DNA from: a bacterium
Lineage (GTDB): Bacteria > Zhuqueibacterota > Zhuqueibacteria > Oceanimicrobiales > Oceanimicrobiaceae
DNA length: 64,000 nucleotides
NCBI GenBank assembly: GCA_037446635.1
Contig: JBBIIG010000002.1
Span: forward strand, 1-64,000
Direction: 5' to 3'
The notes beneath the pieces were generated by a model. It had not been told where the DNA came from. It did no database searches and saw nothing but the letters and a program-made list of their open reading frames with translations. The first letter of the stretch is position 1. Each line of letters begins with the position of its first letter. Below are positions 19,400 to 31,000 of the stretch, piece after piece. The position numbers and the translations under genes were made by a program.

Positions 19400-20293
19400 A
19401 TGGCAGATGAAAAAGGTAGAGGTTCGATCTTGTATGAAATTCTGATCGTGATTCTGGCCGTGGTGTTGGTCGCTTCCATCATGTATCCCAAAAAATTAAC
19501 AGACGAAGAGCAGGCCAAAACCAAACTCTGCCGCGAGCGCATGAGCAATATTTTCAACGCGGAGTTGCAATATCAAAAGTACAACAACGTTTACAACGAT
19601 ACCTTGTCGAAGGTGATCGAATTTTTACGTACCAGTCCGCAATACGCGCATTATATTGATTCGGTGATTGTGGGCGGCATCGATTCCATTATCACCTCAT
19701 TAAATAAATTCAAGGAAGAACAGTATTTGATCGCAAAGCACTTTGACGCCGCCCTGGATAGCACGATGCTCGACTCTCTGGGGCTCCAGCAGCAGAACAT
19801 AAAAATGGAATCCAGAAGGCTGGCCGGCTTTGTGGAATTTATTCATGACCGCATGAAAAATTTGCCGAACATGCCCATCGACGATCTCAGAAATGCGTTC
19901 CTGATTGTTGACTCCAAGAAATTTACGCTCGACATGGACATCGTCAAAAACCTGATTGAAAGCGGCAAGCTCAAAGAAGCCGCCCTGGCCAATACGAACG
20001 TCATCAACACCATCAATTCTGTCATCTCACAATTTCAGGTCGTTCGCGAGGGGGTTGGAAAATTTAGAGACGTCCGGCTGGATTCGTTACAGAATTGTCC
20101 GACGGTTTACCAGCCCTACAATTTGGTGCACGTGGATACGTCCACCATCAAATACTTGAACGTTTATTGCCCGATCGACAGCTCAGACATCGAACTCATT
20201 GCGGGCAGCTTCTGGAAGTCAAAGATCGGGGGTCTGGAGCTCGTCAATCATGGAAAGATTGAAAAAGGTGAAAAAAGTTGGGAGGCAAGATAA
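19400..20293 (+). CDS. Pilin/pseudopilin-like protein with class III signal peptide
   Basis: KGRG|SILYEILIVILAVV has Gly at -1 and Glu at +5, followed by a hydrophobic helix; contains Cys residues. Confidence 0.55.
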   Translation: MADEKGRGSILYEILIVILAVVLVASIMYPKKLTDEEQAKTKLCRERMSNIFNAELQYQKYNNVYNDTLSKVIEFLRTSPQYAHYIDSVIVGGIDSIITSLNKFKEEQYLIAKHFDAALDSTMLDSLGLQQQNIKMESRRLAGFVEFIHDRMKNLPNMPIDDLRNAFLIVDSKKFTLDMDIVKNLIESGKLKEAALANTNVINTINSVISQFQVVREGVGKFRDVRLDSLQNCPTVYQPYNLVHVDTSTIKYLNVYCPIDSSDIELIAGSFWKSKIGGLELVNHGKIEKGEKSWEAR

Positions 20294-20319
20294 GCTTGCT
20301 TTGAGTGGAGGGAAGCGTG

Positions 20320-21282
20320 ATGGCCCAAAGCGCTAGCGGCGGAATTATTGGGATTGGCCTGCTCGGCGATCAATTGCGAATCGTTGAAGGCCAAAAAAAA
20401 TCGGATGAGCTGCATATCTCGCAGATAGCCCAGGGGCGCGTTCGCCAGCCGTTTCATTTCGACGTCTTTGGGGAGCCGAACATGGCGCGCCGCTTTGGCG
20501 AGGATATCAATCGGCTGGTGGCAACCCGCGAATTTCAGGTTAAAGACGCCGCCTTCTCGCTGGATTCGAGCATGGTTTTGATCAAAAAGCTGCCGGTGGA
20601 TGCGGCTTTGGATCGCCGGGAATTGCAGGATCACATTTTTTGGGAGGTGCGGCAGTTTTCCATTTCGCCGCTTAAAGAATACATTATCGATTTTGAAAAT
20701 CTGAATAACAGCCTCGCCGAAAGCAAAGTGGGGTATATGTTGGTGGTGGTAGTGCGCAAAAAAATCGTTGAGTTTGTCAAACAAATTTTTAAACACACCG
20801 AGCTGCAATTGAAGTTCATCGACGTCGATATTTTTTCAGCGCAGCGAGCGCTGCAGTTGAATTACGACTACAACCATTCGAACAAAATCGGGCTCATCGA
20901 GCTGGACGAACAAAAAGTGAATTTCTGCATTTTGGAGGGTAGGAATTATTGTCTATCGCAGGAGGTGGCGTTTCCGGCGAACAATCACCCGGATAACTGG
21001 GACGATTCGGCGACGCGCCTGATCTCAAAAGAATTGCGGCGAATCATTTTGGACAATCAATTGGGGAGGGGCATCGAAGATTTGAAAGAGATTTTTCTTT
21101 ATGGCGAAGCGGTTGAAGACAAGGTATTGGAGGGACTACAAAACAGCTACGATGTGCGCATCGATCGCGCCAATCCTTTTAAAAAAGTCAAGCTCATGGC
21201 CAGCGCCCGCGATGAGTTGAATCAAGGGCGAGCCGAGCGGTTCATGGTTTCAGTTGGCGCCGCGTTACGCGGCATCCAGTAA
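20320..21282 (+). CDS. PilM-like (actin-fold) pilus assembly protein
   Basis: IDVDIFSA, KELRR, IFLYGE, NPFKKV and VSVGAALRG C-terminus are typical of PilM; the N-terminal phosphate motif is degenerate. Confidence 0.65.
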   Translation: MAQSASGGIIGIGLLGDQLRIVEGQKKSDELHISQIAQGRVRQPFHFDVFGEPNMARRFGEDINRLVATREFQVKDAAFSLDSSMVLIKKLPVDAALDRRELQDHIFWEVRQFSISPLKEYIIDFENLNNSLAESKVGYMLVVVVRKKIVEFVKQIFKHTELQLKFIDVDIFSAQRALQLNYDYNHSNKIGLIELDEQKVNFCILEGRNYCLSQEVAFPANNHPDNWDDSATRLISKELRRIILDNQLGRGIEDLKEIFLYGEAVEDKVLEGLQNSYDVRIDRANPFKKVKLMASARDELNQGRAERFMVSVGAALRGIQ

Positions 21283-21308
21283 TCGTAATCAATTGATTGG
21301 AGTCTGTC

Positions 21309-22451
21309 ATGGTCGATATAAACTTAATCGGTGACGACAAAACAGGGGAAGAGCGTTCCGGCGACGAAGAGCGCGTCGATGAATTTACGCAAACCTCGAG
21401 TATGGACACCCAGGAGCTGGCGTTCGAAGAGCGAACCGAAACCTTCGACACCACCAAAACCGCCGGCTTCGCGCGCCGTCGCAGCTATTCTTCGGTGGCG
21501 TCAACCGTCATCATTTTAGGTGTGATCGGGGTTTTAGGTTTTGGCATCTATTATTTTATGTTTCGCGGCAGCGGCGCCAACACCGCTAAGCTTCCGGAGT
21601 TCCCCGAGCCGCAAGTAGAAGAACCCCGGGGTCAGGTTGACACTGTCGAGCCGGAAAGCACAGCGCAACCGCCGGCCGAAACCACCGCCCCGGCGGTGCA
21701 GCCGCCGCAACAGGAGGTCGTTCGCATTCCCGAGCCGGAGCCGGAGATCACTCCCCAGAAGCCGCCGCCCAGCTCCACCACCACGCCAGCTAAGAGTACG
21801 CCGCCGGTGACCCGGCCTTCGGTCGCTGAGGATTTTAGCCCCAACTCCGCCCAACTCATGATGAATTCGCGCGCGGCCGTGCAGACAGTTAATTCGATCA
21901 TTGGCGCCATGCCCCCCACTCTTAACACCACGTTGTTGTCTTATGCCGGTGGGCGTTTGCGTCTGGAGTATGTGGCGAATTCGACCGCGGACGCCAAAAG
22001 CTTCACCGACCGCCTGAACCGCGATTTTGGCGCCGGTAATCTTTCGGTGGTTTCCGAAAAACAAGTCGCCACCAACGGCCAATCCCTCGACAAAGTTTTA
22101 ATTTCGGGGTCGATACCATCGCGGACGGCGGGCAGCCAAACCGACGGCGTGGATATTTTTAACGTCGCCCAAATCAAAGATTGGATGCAAGCCAGCGCCC
22201 GGCAATTCGGCGTGCAGGTGCGGCAATTCGATTCGCAGCCCGGGCGGTTCGCGCAGGGCTTTCAGAAAACGCCCATTTTAGTGCGAATCTATGGCAGCAA
22301 GGATGCCTTGGTGCGCTTCATGGAATTCTTCGCATCAGAAAATTTGAACGTGGAGTTGACCAAGATCTTGCTGGTGTCGCCCGACATGGTCTCGTTTAGC
22401 GACGACAATCTCATGTTGGTCATGAACCTGTTTTTATTTCAACCTTCGTAG
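21309..22451 (+). CDS. PilN/PilO-like bitopic membrane protein with Pro-rich linker
   Basis: N-terminal VDINLIG (INLLP-like), one TM, Pro-rich linker and two putative ferredoxin-like domains. Confidence 0.5.
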   Translation: MVDINLIGDDKTGEERSGDEERVDEFTQTSSMDTQELAFEERTETFDTTKTAGFARRRSYSSVASTVIILGVIGVLGFGIYYFMFRGSGANTAKLPEFPEPQVEEPRGQVDTVEPESTAQPPAETTAPAVQPPQQEVVRIPEPEPEITPQKPPPSSTTTPAKSTPPVTRPSVAEDFSPNSAQLMMNSRAAVQTVNSIIGAMPPTLNTTLLSYAGGRLRLEYVANSTADAKSFTDRLNRDFGAGNLSVVSEKQVATNGQSLDKVLISGSIPSRTAGSQTDGVDIFNVAQIKDWMQASARQFGVQVRQFDSQPGRFAQGFQKTPILVRIYGSKDALVRFMEFFASENLNVELTKILLVSPDMVSFSDDNLMLVMNLFLFQPS

Positions 22452-22469
22452 CGAGCCATTTTCAAAAGG

Positions 22470-23024
22470 ATGACGCGTGTAATCGCCGGCGCCAGGAAGG
22501 GATTCAAGTTAGCGACGCTTAACAGTCCTTTCGTTCGTCCCACGTCCGCTCGCATAAAACAAGTCATCTTCAATGTTTTGAATCCGGTGATTTCGGGCAG
22601 TTCGGCGCTGGATATTTTTTCGGGAAGCGGCGGCCTGGGGATCGAAGCCCTGAGCCGCGGCGCCCGCAGCGCCGTTTTTGTGGAATACAATGACAAACTT
22701 TGCGCAGCGCTGATAGCCAATTTGCGCAAAACGGGTTTTCTCGAGCGCTCTGAAGTCATCCAATTGCAGGCGCGCCAGGCGCTCAAGCTGCTGGCGAAAC
22801 GAGGCGCTCAGTTCGATCTCATCCTCGCCGATCCACCGTACGAAGGCGCGGACGCGGAAGCAACTCTGGCGAGCATCGCCGTACTTGATCTGCTTAAAGC
22901 ACAAGGATGGTTGGCGCTCGAACACAGCTCGCGGAAGGAATTAGTCAATCAAACCGGCGCGCTGATTTTGCGGACGCGCAAAACCCACGGCGACACGGCT
23001 ATCTCTTTTTATCAACATGAGTGA
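22470..23024 (+). CDS. rsmD: 16S rRNA m2G966 methyltransferase
   Basis: [27 protein letters not shown] and DPPY motifs. Confidence 0.92.
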   Translation: MTRVIAGARKGFKLATLNSPFVRPTSARIKQVIFNVLNPVISGSSALDIFSGSGGLGIEALSRGARSAVFVEYNDKLCAALIANLRKTGFLERSEVIQLQARQALKLLAKRGAQFDLILADPPYEGADAEATLASIAVLDLLKAQGWLALEHSSRKELVNQTGALILRTRKTHGDTAISFYQHE

Positions 23025-23508
23025 CTCAAAACTGGCGATTTATCCCGGGACCTTCGATCCCATCACCAACGGCCATCTCGATATCATTCACCGGGCGACG
23101 AGTCTGTTCCATTCGGTGATCGTGGCGGTGACCACCAACCCGGCCAAGACGCCGCTGTTCACCGTTGACGAGCGCATCGAGATGATCCGCGCCTGCACCC
23201 GCGGTCTCAACCGCGTGGCGGTGGACACCTTCGACGGCTTGTTGATGAATTATGCCGTGCGCAAAAAAGCCGATGTGATTGTGCGCGGCTTGCGCGCCAT
23301 CACCGATTTCGAATACGAATTTCAAATGGCGCTCATGAACCGTAAGCTCGCCGAAAACATCGTGACCGTGTTTCTGATGCCCAACGAAAAATACACCTAT
23401 TTGAATTCTACCATTGTCAAAGAAGTGGCGCGCTTCGGCGGCGACGTCAGCGCGTTCGTGCCGAAGGACGTCAACCGCATTCTTTTGGAGAAGTTTAAAT
23501 CGCGATGA
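23017..23508 (+). CDS. coaD: Phosphopantetheine adenylyltransferase
   Basis: [12 protein letters not shown] and [12 protein letters not shown] motifs. Confidence 0.97.
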   Translation: MSDSKLAIYPGTFDPITNGHLDIIHRATSLFHSVIVAVTTNPAKTPLFTVDERIEMIRACTRGLNRVAVDTFDGLLMNYAVRKKADVIVRGLRAITDFEYEFQMALMNRKLAENIVTVFLMPNEKYTYLNSTIVKEVARFGGDVSAFVPKDVNRILLEKFKSR

Positions 23509-24479
23509 GCTTGATCGAAACCATTCGCGAAAAAGCCCGGCATACACAGAAGCGCATCGTTTTTCCAGAAGGAACCGAGCCGCGGGTTCAAAAAGCTGCG
23601 GGATTTTTGACCGCTGAAAAAATTCTCCACTGTGTGCTTTTGGGCGATGAGCAAGAGATTCGCGACGTCGCGGCCCGGGGCGGTGTGAGCTTGAACGGTA
23701 TTGAAATTATCAATCCGATCAGAAGTAATAAATTAGATGAATACAGCGAAATTTATTACGAGTTGCGCAAAGAGAAAGGCGCCACGCCGGAGGCCGCCCG
23801 CGAAACCATGACGCACCCGCTTTTTTTTGGCGCTATGTTGGTGCGGGCCGGCGTCTGCGACGGCAGCGTGGCCGGGAGCGTCACCACCACGGGGGATGTG
23901 CTGCGCGCTGCTATTCAGATTATCGGGCTGGCGAAGGGCATCTCGCTGGTCTCCAGTACTTTCGAGATGGTGCTGCCGTCTGGCCGGGTTTTGACATACG
24001 CCGATTGCGCGGTGGTGCCGCAGCCTAACGCCGAGCAGTTGGCAGACATTGCCATTTCCTCCGCGGTGACGCACCAGAAACTCACCGCTGAAGAGCCGCT
24101 GGTTGCGCTGCTGTCGTTCTCCACCAAAGGCAGCGCCAAACACGAGATGGTGGAAAAGGTGCAAGAGGCGCTGGCAATTGTTAAAGCAAAAAAGCCCGAG
24201 TTGAAAATCGACGGCGAGCTGCAGGTGGACGCGGCGCTGGTGGAAGAAATCGGCCAGCGCAAAGCGCCGGGCAGTCCGGTGGCCGGCCAAGCCAACGTGC
24301 TGATTTTCCCCGATCTCGACGCCGGCAACATCGCTTATAAATTAACGGAGCGCCTCGGCGGCGCGAAAGCTATCGGCCCGATCATCCAGGGGCTGGCGAA
24401 ACCCGCTAACGATTTGTCGCGGGGATGCTCGTGGTCGGATATTGTGGACGTGGCGTGCATTTGCGCGGTGATGAATTAA
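23505..24479 (+). CDS. pta: Phosphate acetyltransferase
   Basis: [28 protein letters not shown] and NDLSRGC motifs. Confidence 0.93.
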   Translation: MSLIETIREKARHTQKRIVFPEGTEPRVQKAAGFLTAEKILHCVLLGDEQEIRDVAARGGVSLNGIEIINPIRSNKLDEYSEIYYELRKEKGATPEAARETMTHPLFFGAMLVRAGVCDGSVAGSVTTTGDVLRAAIQIIGLAKGISLVSSTFEMVLPSGRVLTYADCAVVPQPNAEQLADIAISSAVTHQKLTAEEPLVALLSFSTKGSAKHEMVEKVQEALAIVKAKKPELKIDGELQVDAALVEEIGQRKAPGSPVAGQANVLIFPDLDAGNIAYKLTERLGGAKAIGPIIQGLAKPANDLSRGCSWSDIVDVACICAVMN

Positions 24480-24497
24480 TTGAACAAAACAGAGCGA

Positions 24498-24571
24498 TGT
24501 CATTCAGGAGGAAACTTTTTTTAGTCAGAGAGTATTTGCTTGAATCATAAAAAGATTCCTCCTGAAGGACA
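24498..24571. repeat. REP-like inverted-repeat element, copy 2
   Basis: TGTCATTCAGGAGGAAACTTT...AAAGATTCCTCCTGAAGGACA (19/21 inverted match). Confidence 0.75.
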
Positions 24572-24629
24572 TTTATCCAACGTGATTTCTGGAAATCCGA
24601 TTTCTTTCGTTTCCTAAAGAATATTACCT

Positions 24630-25826
24630 ATGACCTTTGCCAATCGCGTTAATCAGGTTCAGCCCTCGCAGACGCTGGCCATCACCGCGCTGGTGGACAC
24701 TCTGCGCCGCCAGGGCCGCAGCATCATCGATCTCGGCGCGGGGGAACCTGACTTCGATACTCCGGAGCCAGTGAAGCAGGCAGCCATCGCCGCCATTGCG
24801 GAAGGCTACACCAAATACACGCCCGCTACCGGCAGCGTGGAAATTCGCCAGGCTATTTCTGAAAAGTTGAAACGAGAAAATTCGCTGAACTACAGTCCGG
24901 CGGAAATTGTGGTAACCTGCGGTGCCAAACACGCCATCATCAATGTGCTGCTGGCGTTGTGCCAGGAAGGGGACGAAGTTATTCTACAATCACCCTACTG
25001 GACCAGCTACGTGGAACAGATTCGGTTTGTGGGCGCCACCCCGGTGATCGTCTCCACCGATGAGCGCAGCGGCTTCAAAATGAGCGCCGAGCAGATGCAG
25101 AGCGCCGTCACTTCGAAAACCAAAATGCTTCTTCTCAACAGTCCCAGCAATCCCACCGGCGCGGTTTACACGCCGGCAGAGCTCTCCGCATTTGCCGAGG
25201 TGGCGCGCCAATCCAACTTCTACATTCTCTCGGACGAAATTTATGAGAAGATCATTTACGACGGCCTGCGCCACGAAAGCATCGCGGCGCTGCCGGGGAT
25301 GCGCGACCGAACCATTTTGGTCAACGGCGTCTCCAAATCTTACGCCATGACCGGCTGGCGCATTGGTTATTTGGCTGCGGCGCCGGAAATCATCAAAGCG
25401 GTGACCACCATTCAGAGTCACACCACCTCCAACCCCACCTCCATTTCCCAACGCGCGGCGGTTGCGGCGCTCAACGCCAATCATCAAATTATCGACAACA
25501 TGGTGGGGGAGTTCAAAAAGCGCCGCGATTATTTAGCCGGCCGATTGGACGAGATCCCGGGCATCGTGTGCCCGCGACCCCAGGGGGCGTTTTATATGTT
25601 CCCCAATGTGGAGGGATGGTTTGGTTTGAAATACAAAGCGCAGACACTCGAGAGCTCGATGGATGTGTGTTCGTTTTTGTTGGAAGAAGAAGGGATTGCC
25701 GCGGTGCCGGGCGAGGCCTTCGGTTCCCATCGCCATATCAGAATTTCATACGCCACCGCGATGGCGAATCTGGAGGAGGCGGTTGCGCGACTTGCCCGCG
25801 CCTCAAAAAAACTTTGGGAACACTAA
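24630..25826 (+). CDS. aspC: PLP-dependent aspartate aminotransferase (class I)
   Basis: GEPDFDTP, NSPSNPTG, SDEIY and SKSYAMTGWRIG motifs. Confidence 0.88.
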   Translation: MTFANRVNQVQPSQTLAITALVDTLRRQGRSIIDLGAGEPDFDTPEPVKQAAIAAIAEGYTKYTPATGSVEIRQAISEKLKRENSLNYSPAEIVVTCGAKHAIINVLLALCQEGDEVILQSPYWTSYVEQIRFVGATPVIVSTDERSGFKMSAEQMQSAVTSKTKMLLLNSPSNPTGAVYTPAELSAFAEVARQSNFYILSDEIYEKIIYDGLRHESIAALPGMRDRTILVNGVSKSYAMTGWRIGYLAAAPEIIKAVTTIQSHTTSNPTSISQRAAVAALNANHQIIDNMVGEFKKRRDYLAGRLDEIPGIVCPRPQGAFYMFPNVEGWFGLKYKAQTLESSMDVCSFLLEEEGIAAVPGEAFGSHRHIRISYATAMANLEEAVARLARASKKLWEH

Positions 25827-25897
25827 CTAAATTTTCTTGCTTGCCGATATTACGAGAGTTGGAAACTGTCCTTTGCCAGCGAGCGACAAAATTTTTG

Positions 25898-26103
25898 TAA
25901 TTACTGGACTATTGTAAAAACCCTTAGAGGAGATGGCTTCTGTCAATGAGAGCAGACCGCTTGGAAATGAATTTCCAAGCTAATAGCTTAAGCTTAATAA
26001 ATTAAGCGGTTGCTGTCTTTAGTCGATTTCAATCGACTTCAGCAAATTAGCCTGATGATTCATCATCAGGCGATCTGAGATTTTTACAATAGTCCAGTAA
26101 TTA
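25898..26103. mobile_element. MITE-like element, complete copy, about 200 bp
   Basis: Perfect 23-bp terminal IR TAATTACTGGACTATTGTAAAAA (outer TA/TAATTA may be the target duplication), several internal hairpins, and a second copy at 37661. Confidence 0.75.
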
Positions 26104-26197
26104 ATCAAAAAAAATTTTCTGCGGTCGGACGCGCCGTAGATATGTATTTAAATTGCCCATCATCCTTATAACATTTAACATCCAAGAGTGAACGACT

Positions 26198-27319
26198 ATG
26201 GAGAATTTAGGATTAAACAATGACGTTCTGGTAGGAGGCCGCAAGTTCCATATCCAGACCAGTTATTCCGACGCCACCCGGCTCATCCAATCGAAAGTGT
26301 TCAACGAGGGCCAGGTGATCGACTCGCGCGAGGCCGCCATCGATGGCGCGCCCAAGGAAGAGATCAACTCCCAGCTCAATAGTCTCCATCAAGAGCAAAT
26401 TACAGAAATGGAGATTCTCTATTACATATATGAAAAAGTCAAAGCGGTGCGTCACGCCGCCTCCTCCAACAAACTTGGCCTGTTGTTTTTGAAGAAGAAT
26501 TTGATTAAGGAGGCCATCGAGCAGTTCAAGCTGGCGCTGGAGATCGATCCCAACTACCACGAAGTCTATGCCAACCTCGGGCGGGCGCTGCTGATTGCCG
26601 GCGCGTACGACGAGGCCGTCGATTACATGCGCGAAGCGGTGGAAAACGTCCCCAATTACGCCGACCTGCAGAACTATATCGGGGTTGCCTATCTCTACCA
26701 GGAAAAATTCCCCGAGGCCATTCAGCATCTCAGCGCTGCCATTCGCTTGAATGAAAATTACATCGGCGCCCACTACTATCTTGGCGTTGCTCACCTGGCC
26801 GAGGCCGTGAACCAGGGCGGCGAGTTCGATGAAGACGGCAACGAAAATTTTCGCAAAGCGCTGAGGCACATCGGTGTTGCGCAGGAGCGCATGGTCGATC
26901 GCCAAATCCCCAATTTCAAAAGAGTGCTGGATTTGGTTAAGCAAAAGTCGTATAAGGAGGCGGTCAACTATTTTCTCAACAGCACGCCCAAAGAAGCGCT
27001 CACCCATTTCATGAACATGGAAAATGAGTTCTACCTCAAGTTCATGTACGGCGGCAAAGGCAAAGACGATTTGTTCATCGCCGATTACGTGCGCAAGCTG
27101 CGCGACCTTTTGGACGACCATCCCGAATACGCCGACGTACGTAACAGCCTCGGCGTGGCCTATCTCATTCAGTGCCGCAACCTGTTTCTGAAAGCGCTGG
27201 AGGAATTCCGCGCCGCACTCAAAATCAATCCCAACTTCAAGAAAGCGGAAAAGAACCTCAAGCTCGCCGAAAACGATGGCAAAGGCTTTTTGATTTTGCT
27301 GCGCGCCATTTTGAAGTAG
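26198..27319 (+). CDS. Cytoplasmic TPR protein with uncharacterised N-terminal domain
   Basis: N-terminal GLNNDV...KFHIQT...VFNEGQVI domain, then TPRs with P-N-Y-A-D turns; no signal peptide. Confidence 0.75.
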   Translation: MENLGLNNDVLVGGRKFHIQTSYSDATRLIQSKVFNEGQVIDSREAAIDGAPKEEINSQLNSLHQEQITEMEILYYIYEKVKAVRHAASSNKLGLLFLKKNLIKEAIEQFKLALEIDPNYHEVYANLGRALLIAGAYDEAVDYMREAVENVPNYADLQNYIGVAYLYQEKFPEAIQHLSAAIRLNENYIGAHYYLGVAHLAEAVNQGGEFDEDGNENFRKALRHIGVAQERMVDRQIPNFKRVLDLVKQKSYKEAVNYFLNSTPKEALTHFMNMENEFYLKFMYGGKGKDDLFIADYVRKLRDLLDDHPEYADVRNSLGVAYLIQCRNLFLKALEEFRAALKINPNFKKAEKNLKLAENDGKGFLILLRAILK

Positions 27320-27430
27320 TCCTTCTAAACTCCTCATCTGGAGGAGGATTAAGGGGGAATGTGCAGAAATTGGTTCGCTGGTATAATGTTTGCAAAAAAC
27401 ACGAAGTTATTTATTTATCTTCACCAAAAA

Positions 27431-27988
27431 ATGAACGCTTGCATCAATTCGGTACACTCGTACAATTTCGAGACACGGGGGCAGTGGATTAAATTCGTTC
27501 TGGCCGCCGCGGCTTGGCTACTGCTGTTGGCGACGGCTGGCGGGCTGTTTGCGCAGGCGCCGGCCATAACAGTTAAGGCGCTGGATCCTAACCCCGCCGC
27601 GACGTCACTTTATTCGTTTACTTTTAATTTAAGCGACTCCTTGCCGCCGCAGGGCGCCATTTCCATTTTGTTTGCGGAAGGCTTCGATTTGTCGAACGTC
27701 TCCATTGCAGCCTCCTCGGTGATCAAAGGTGGATTGACGCCTTACGTTAAAGGTCGCGAGGTGATAGTCGTTCGCAGGGGCGAGGGCGGCGCATTGAAGT
27801 CCGGCGAAAGGGTGGATATACTTTTGTCGGCTATTAAAAATCCTGCCGGGCCGGGGCCGTTTACCTTGAAAGTTTTCTTGCATCGAGATGGCGCTCGACT
27901 TGTTAAAGAGCGCAACGCGGGGACGGCTCCGCTCTTGCCAGATGCTAAGGGAATGGAGGGACAATTTACATTAGGCGCGAACCAGTAG
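27431..27988 (+). CDS. Secreted single Ig-like domain protein, paralog of the N-terminal domain of the downstream giant protein
   Basis: Signal peptide ending LFA-Q; YSFTFNLSDSLPPQGAISILF.EGFDLS...IAASS.I.GG...NP aligns with the giant protein N-terminus. Start uncertain. Confidence 0.65.
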   Translation: MNACINSVHSYNFETRGQWIKFVLAAAAWLLLLATAGGLFAQAPAITVKALDPNPAATSLYSFTFNLSDSLPPQGAISILFAEGFDLSNVSIAASSVIKGGLTPYVKGREVIVVRRGEGGALKSGERVDILLSAIKNPAGPGPFTLKVFLHRDGARLVKERNAGTAPLLPDAKGMEGQFTLGANQ

Positions 27989-28018
27989 TCGGGGCGCGTT
28001 CGTTTGGATGTTAAGATT

Positions 28019-31000
28019 ATGAGAACGATAACACGATCACGATCGGGAACTTTCCTGACCGTGCTATTATTTATGGGCGCGCCGGCGTTAGCGTTGGCTT
28101 CGGCCGCGCCGGATAACCCGGCCGTTGGCGCCACCACCAATTACACCATTACCTTTACACTGGATGCCGATCTACCAGCCGCCGGTTCGATAACGATCAC
28201 CTTCAACAACACCGGGTTCACGCTGGCCAGTACGATGATCGCCTCCTCCGCCGAAATCAGCGGCGGCATTTTACCGGCAACCGGCGTAACTGGGCAGTCG
28301 GTAACGTTTGATCGAGACGGTATAGGTGGGATCATTCCTGCGACAACTTCCATTACTCTCCGTATTGGCACGGTGACCAACCCTACCACTCCCAATACAT
28401 ATTCTCTCGATGTCAGCGCTACTGGCGGAACCAGCGAGTCCGCGAATTTTTCCATCGTGGTGGGGCCAAAGGCCTCCATCAGAATCAACGATGCGGCTGG
28501 TTCGGGGGGGGTTCAAGTTGGTAATTTGTCACGAAACGCCGATCAAACGATAGATTTATTCGCCTCCAGCTACGATGCCTTCGGCAATTTTATCGGCGCA
28601 GAATTAGTGAACTGGACGGTGAGCGGCGGCATCGGCAACCTCAGTAATACCTCCAACGCCAGCAGCACAACTCTAACTTTAAACTCCGTGGGCTCCGGCA
28701 CCGTAACCGCCGACAACGGCTCTGGAAATGTCGATGCCACCGGCACGATCACGGTGACGCCCGGGGCGCTGGCGAGCATTCGCGTGGTGGAGGGATCAAG
28801 TGGAGACGGGCCGGAGATGGGTTCGCGGAGCGTGACCACGGATCAGACGTTGACGGTTCACGCGGCGGGCTACGACGCCGACGGCAATTATGTTGGAGAT
28901 CAATCGGTGACGTGGAATGTGACGGGCGGCATTGGGGCAGTCAGTCCGGGCAGCGGAATAAGCACGACGTTTGACGCGCGGGTGATTGGTACCGGAACGA
29001 TAACCGCAACCCACGCGGTGGGCAGCGATGCTACGGGGACGATCACGGTGAGTGCGGGAAGTATTGCGAGCATTCGGATACGGAATGCGCCAAATAATGG
29101 TGGGAGCGAGGTGGGCGCGGTGAATTTGACGGCGGATCAGACGTTGACGATATTTGCGGCGAGTTACGATGGGCAGGGGAATTATTTAGGGGATGTGAGT
29201 GTGAGTTGGAGCGCGGCGTCGGGGAATTTGGCGCCAGCGATAAGCGGGAGTGGAAGCAGTTTTACATTTAGTCCGACGTCCGCGCCGCGCAGCGGGGTGA
29301 TTCGAGCCACACATGCTTCGGGGACGGACGATACCGGCACCATCAGCGTTAGCGTGGGCGCACTTAGTTTTGTAAGAATCAATACTGGGGCAAGCGGCGA
29401 AACCGCTGAATTTACAACGCAATCCATCAACGCCGATCAAACTTTGCAAGTCCACGCCTCCGGATACGACTCGGACGGCAATTACATAAACGATGTGAGC
29501 GTCTCGTGGAGTGTGAGCGGCGGCATAGGCACGGTTGCGCCTTCGCCGAACATTTCCACAACTCTTACTGCAACCACTGTTGGTACTGGCGTCATTTTCG
29601 CCGATCACGCCACGGCGCTGGATGACGCGACCGGCACGATCACGGTGACGCCCGGGGCATTGGCGAGCATTCGCGTGGTGGAGGGATCGAGTGAAAACGG
29701 GCCGGAGATGGGCACGCGCAGTGTAACCACGGATCAGACGTTGACGGTTCACGCGGCGGGCTACGATGCCGACGGCAATTATGTTGGAGATCAATCGGTG
29801 ACGTGGAATGTGACGGGCGGCATTGGGGCAGTTAGTCCGGGCAGCGGAATCAGCACGACGTTTGACGCCCGAGTGATTGGTACCGGAACGATAACCGCAA
29901 CCCACGCGGTGGGCAGCGATGCCACGGGGACGATCACAGTGAGCGCCGGCGCGTTGAAATACGTTCGCATCAACAGCGACGCCAGTGGCAATACGTCGGA
30001 GGTGACGACGAACACGATGACGGTCGGTGGTAGTACGTTCACGGTGCACGCGTCCGGATATGATGCGGATGACAATTACATAAATGATCCGAGCGTGAGT
30101 TGGAGCGTGACCGGCGGGATCGGGACGTTGAATCCGGGGAGCGGGCCGAGTACGACCTTGACGGCAACCACGCCGGGGACGGGCGTGATTCAGGCGGATC
30201 ACGCGACGGCCATCGATGATGCTACGGGGACGATCACGGTGAGCGCGGGAAGTATTGCCAGCATTCGGATACGGAATGCGCCAAATAATGGTGGGAGCGA
30301 GGTAGGTGCAGTGAACATGACAGCGGACGAAAGTTTGACGTTATATGCGGCGAGTTATGATGGGCCGAACGGGACGGGGAATTACTTAGGGGATGTGAGT
30401 GTGAGTTGGAGTTTAGCGTCGGGGAATTTGGCGCCGCCGATTAGCGGGAGTGGTAGCAGTTTTACGTTTAGTCCGACGTTGGCGCCACGTAGCGGGGTGA
30501 TTCGAGCCACACATGCTTCGGGGACGGACGATACCGGCACCATCAGCGTCAGCGTGGGCGCATTAAACTTTGTAAGAGTTTATAACGGCGCCAGCGGCAA
30601 TACCAGTGAAGTTACCACCGCCACCTTAGAAACCGGCCAAACCCTGACCGTGCACGCGGCGGGATTTGATGCCGATGGCAATTACCGCAACGATGAAAGC
30701 GTCAATTGGAGCGTCACTGGCGGCATCGGAAATCTCAGCGCCAACAGCGGAATCAGCACCATCTTAACCGCAACCACTCCCGGCAGCGGGGTCATTCAAG
30801 CCGATCATGCCACCGCCATCGATGATGCCACCGGACTGATTACGGTAATTTTGGGAAATGTCGATAGCATAGTCATTCGTGATGCCCCAAACAACGGCGG
30901 TAATCCCGTGACCAACGTCACTTTGACCGCGGATGAAACGATAACGATTTACGCGGCTGGCTACGATGCGCAATCGAATTACGTGGGCGATGTCTCCGTT

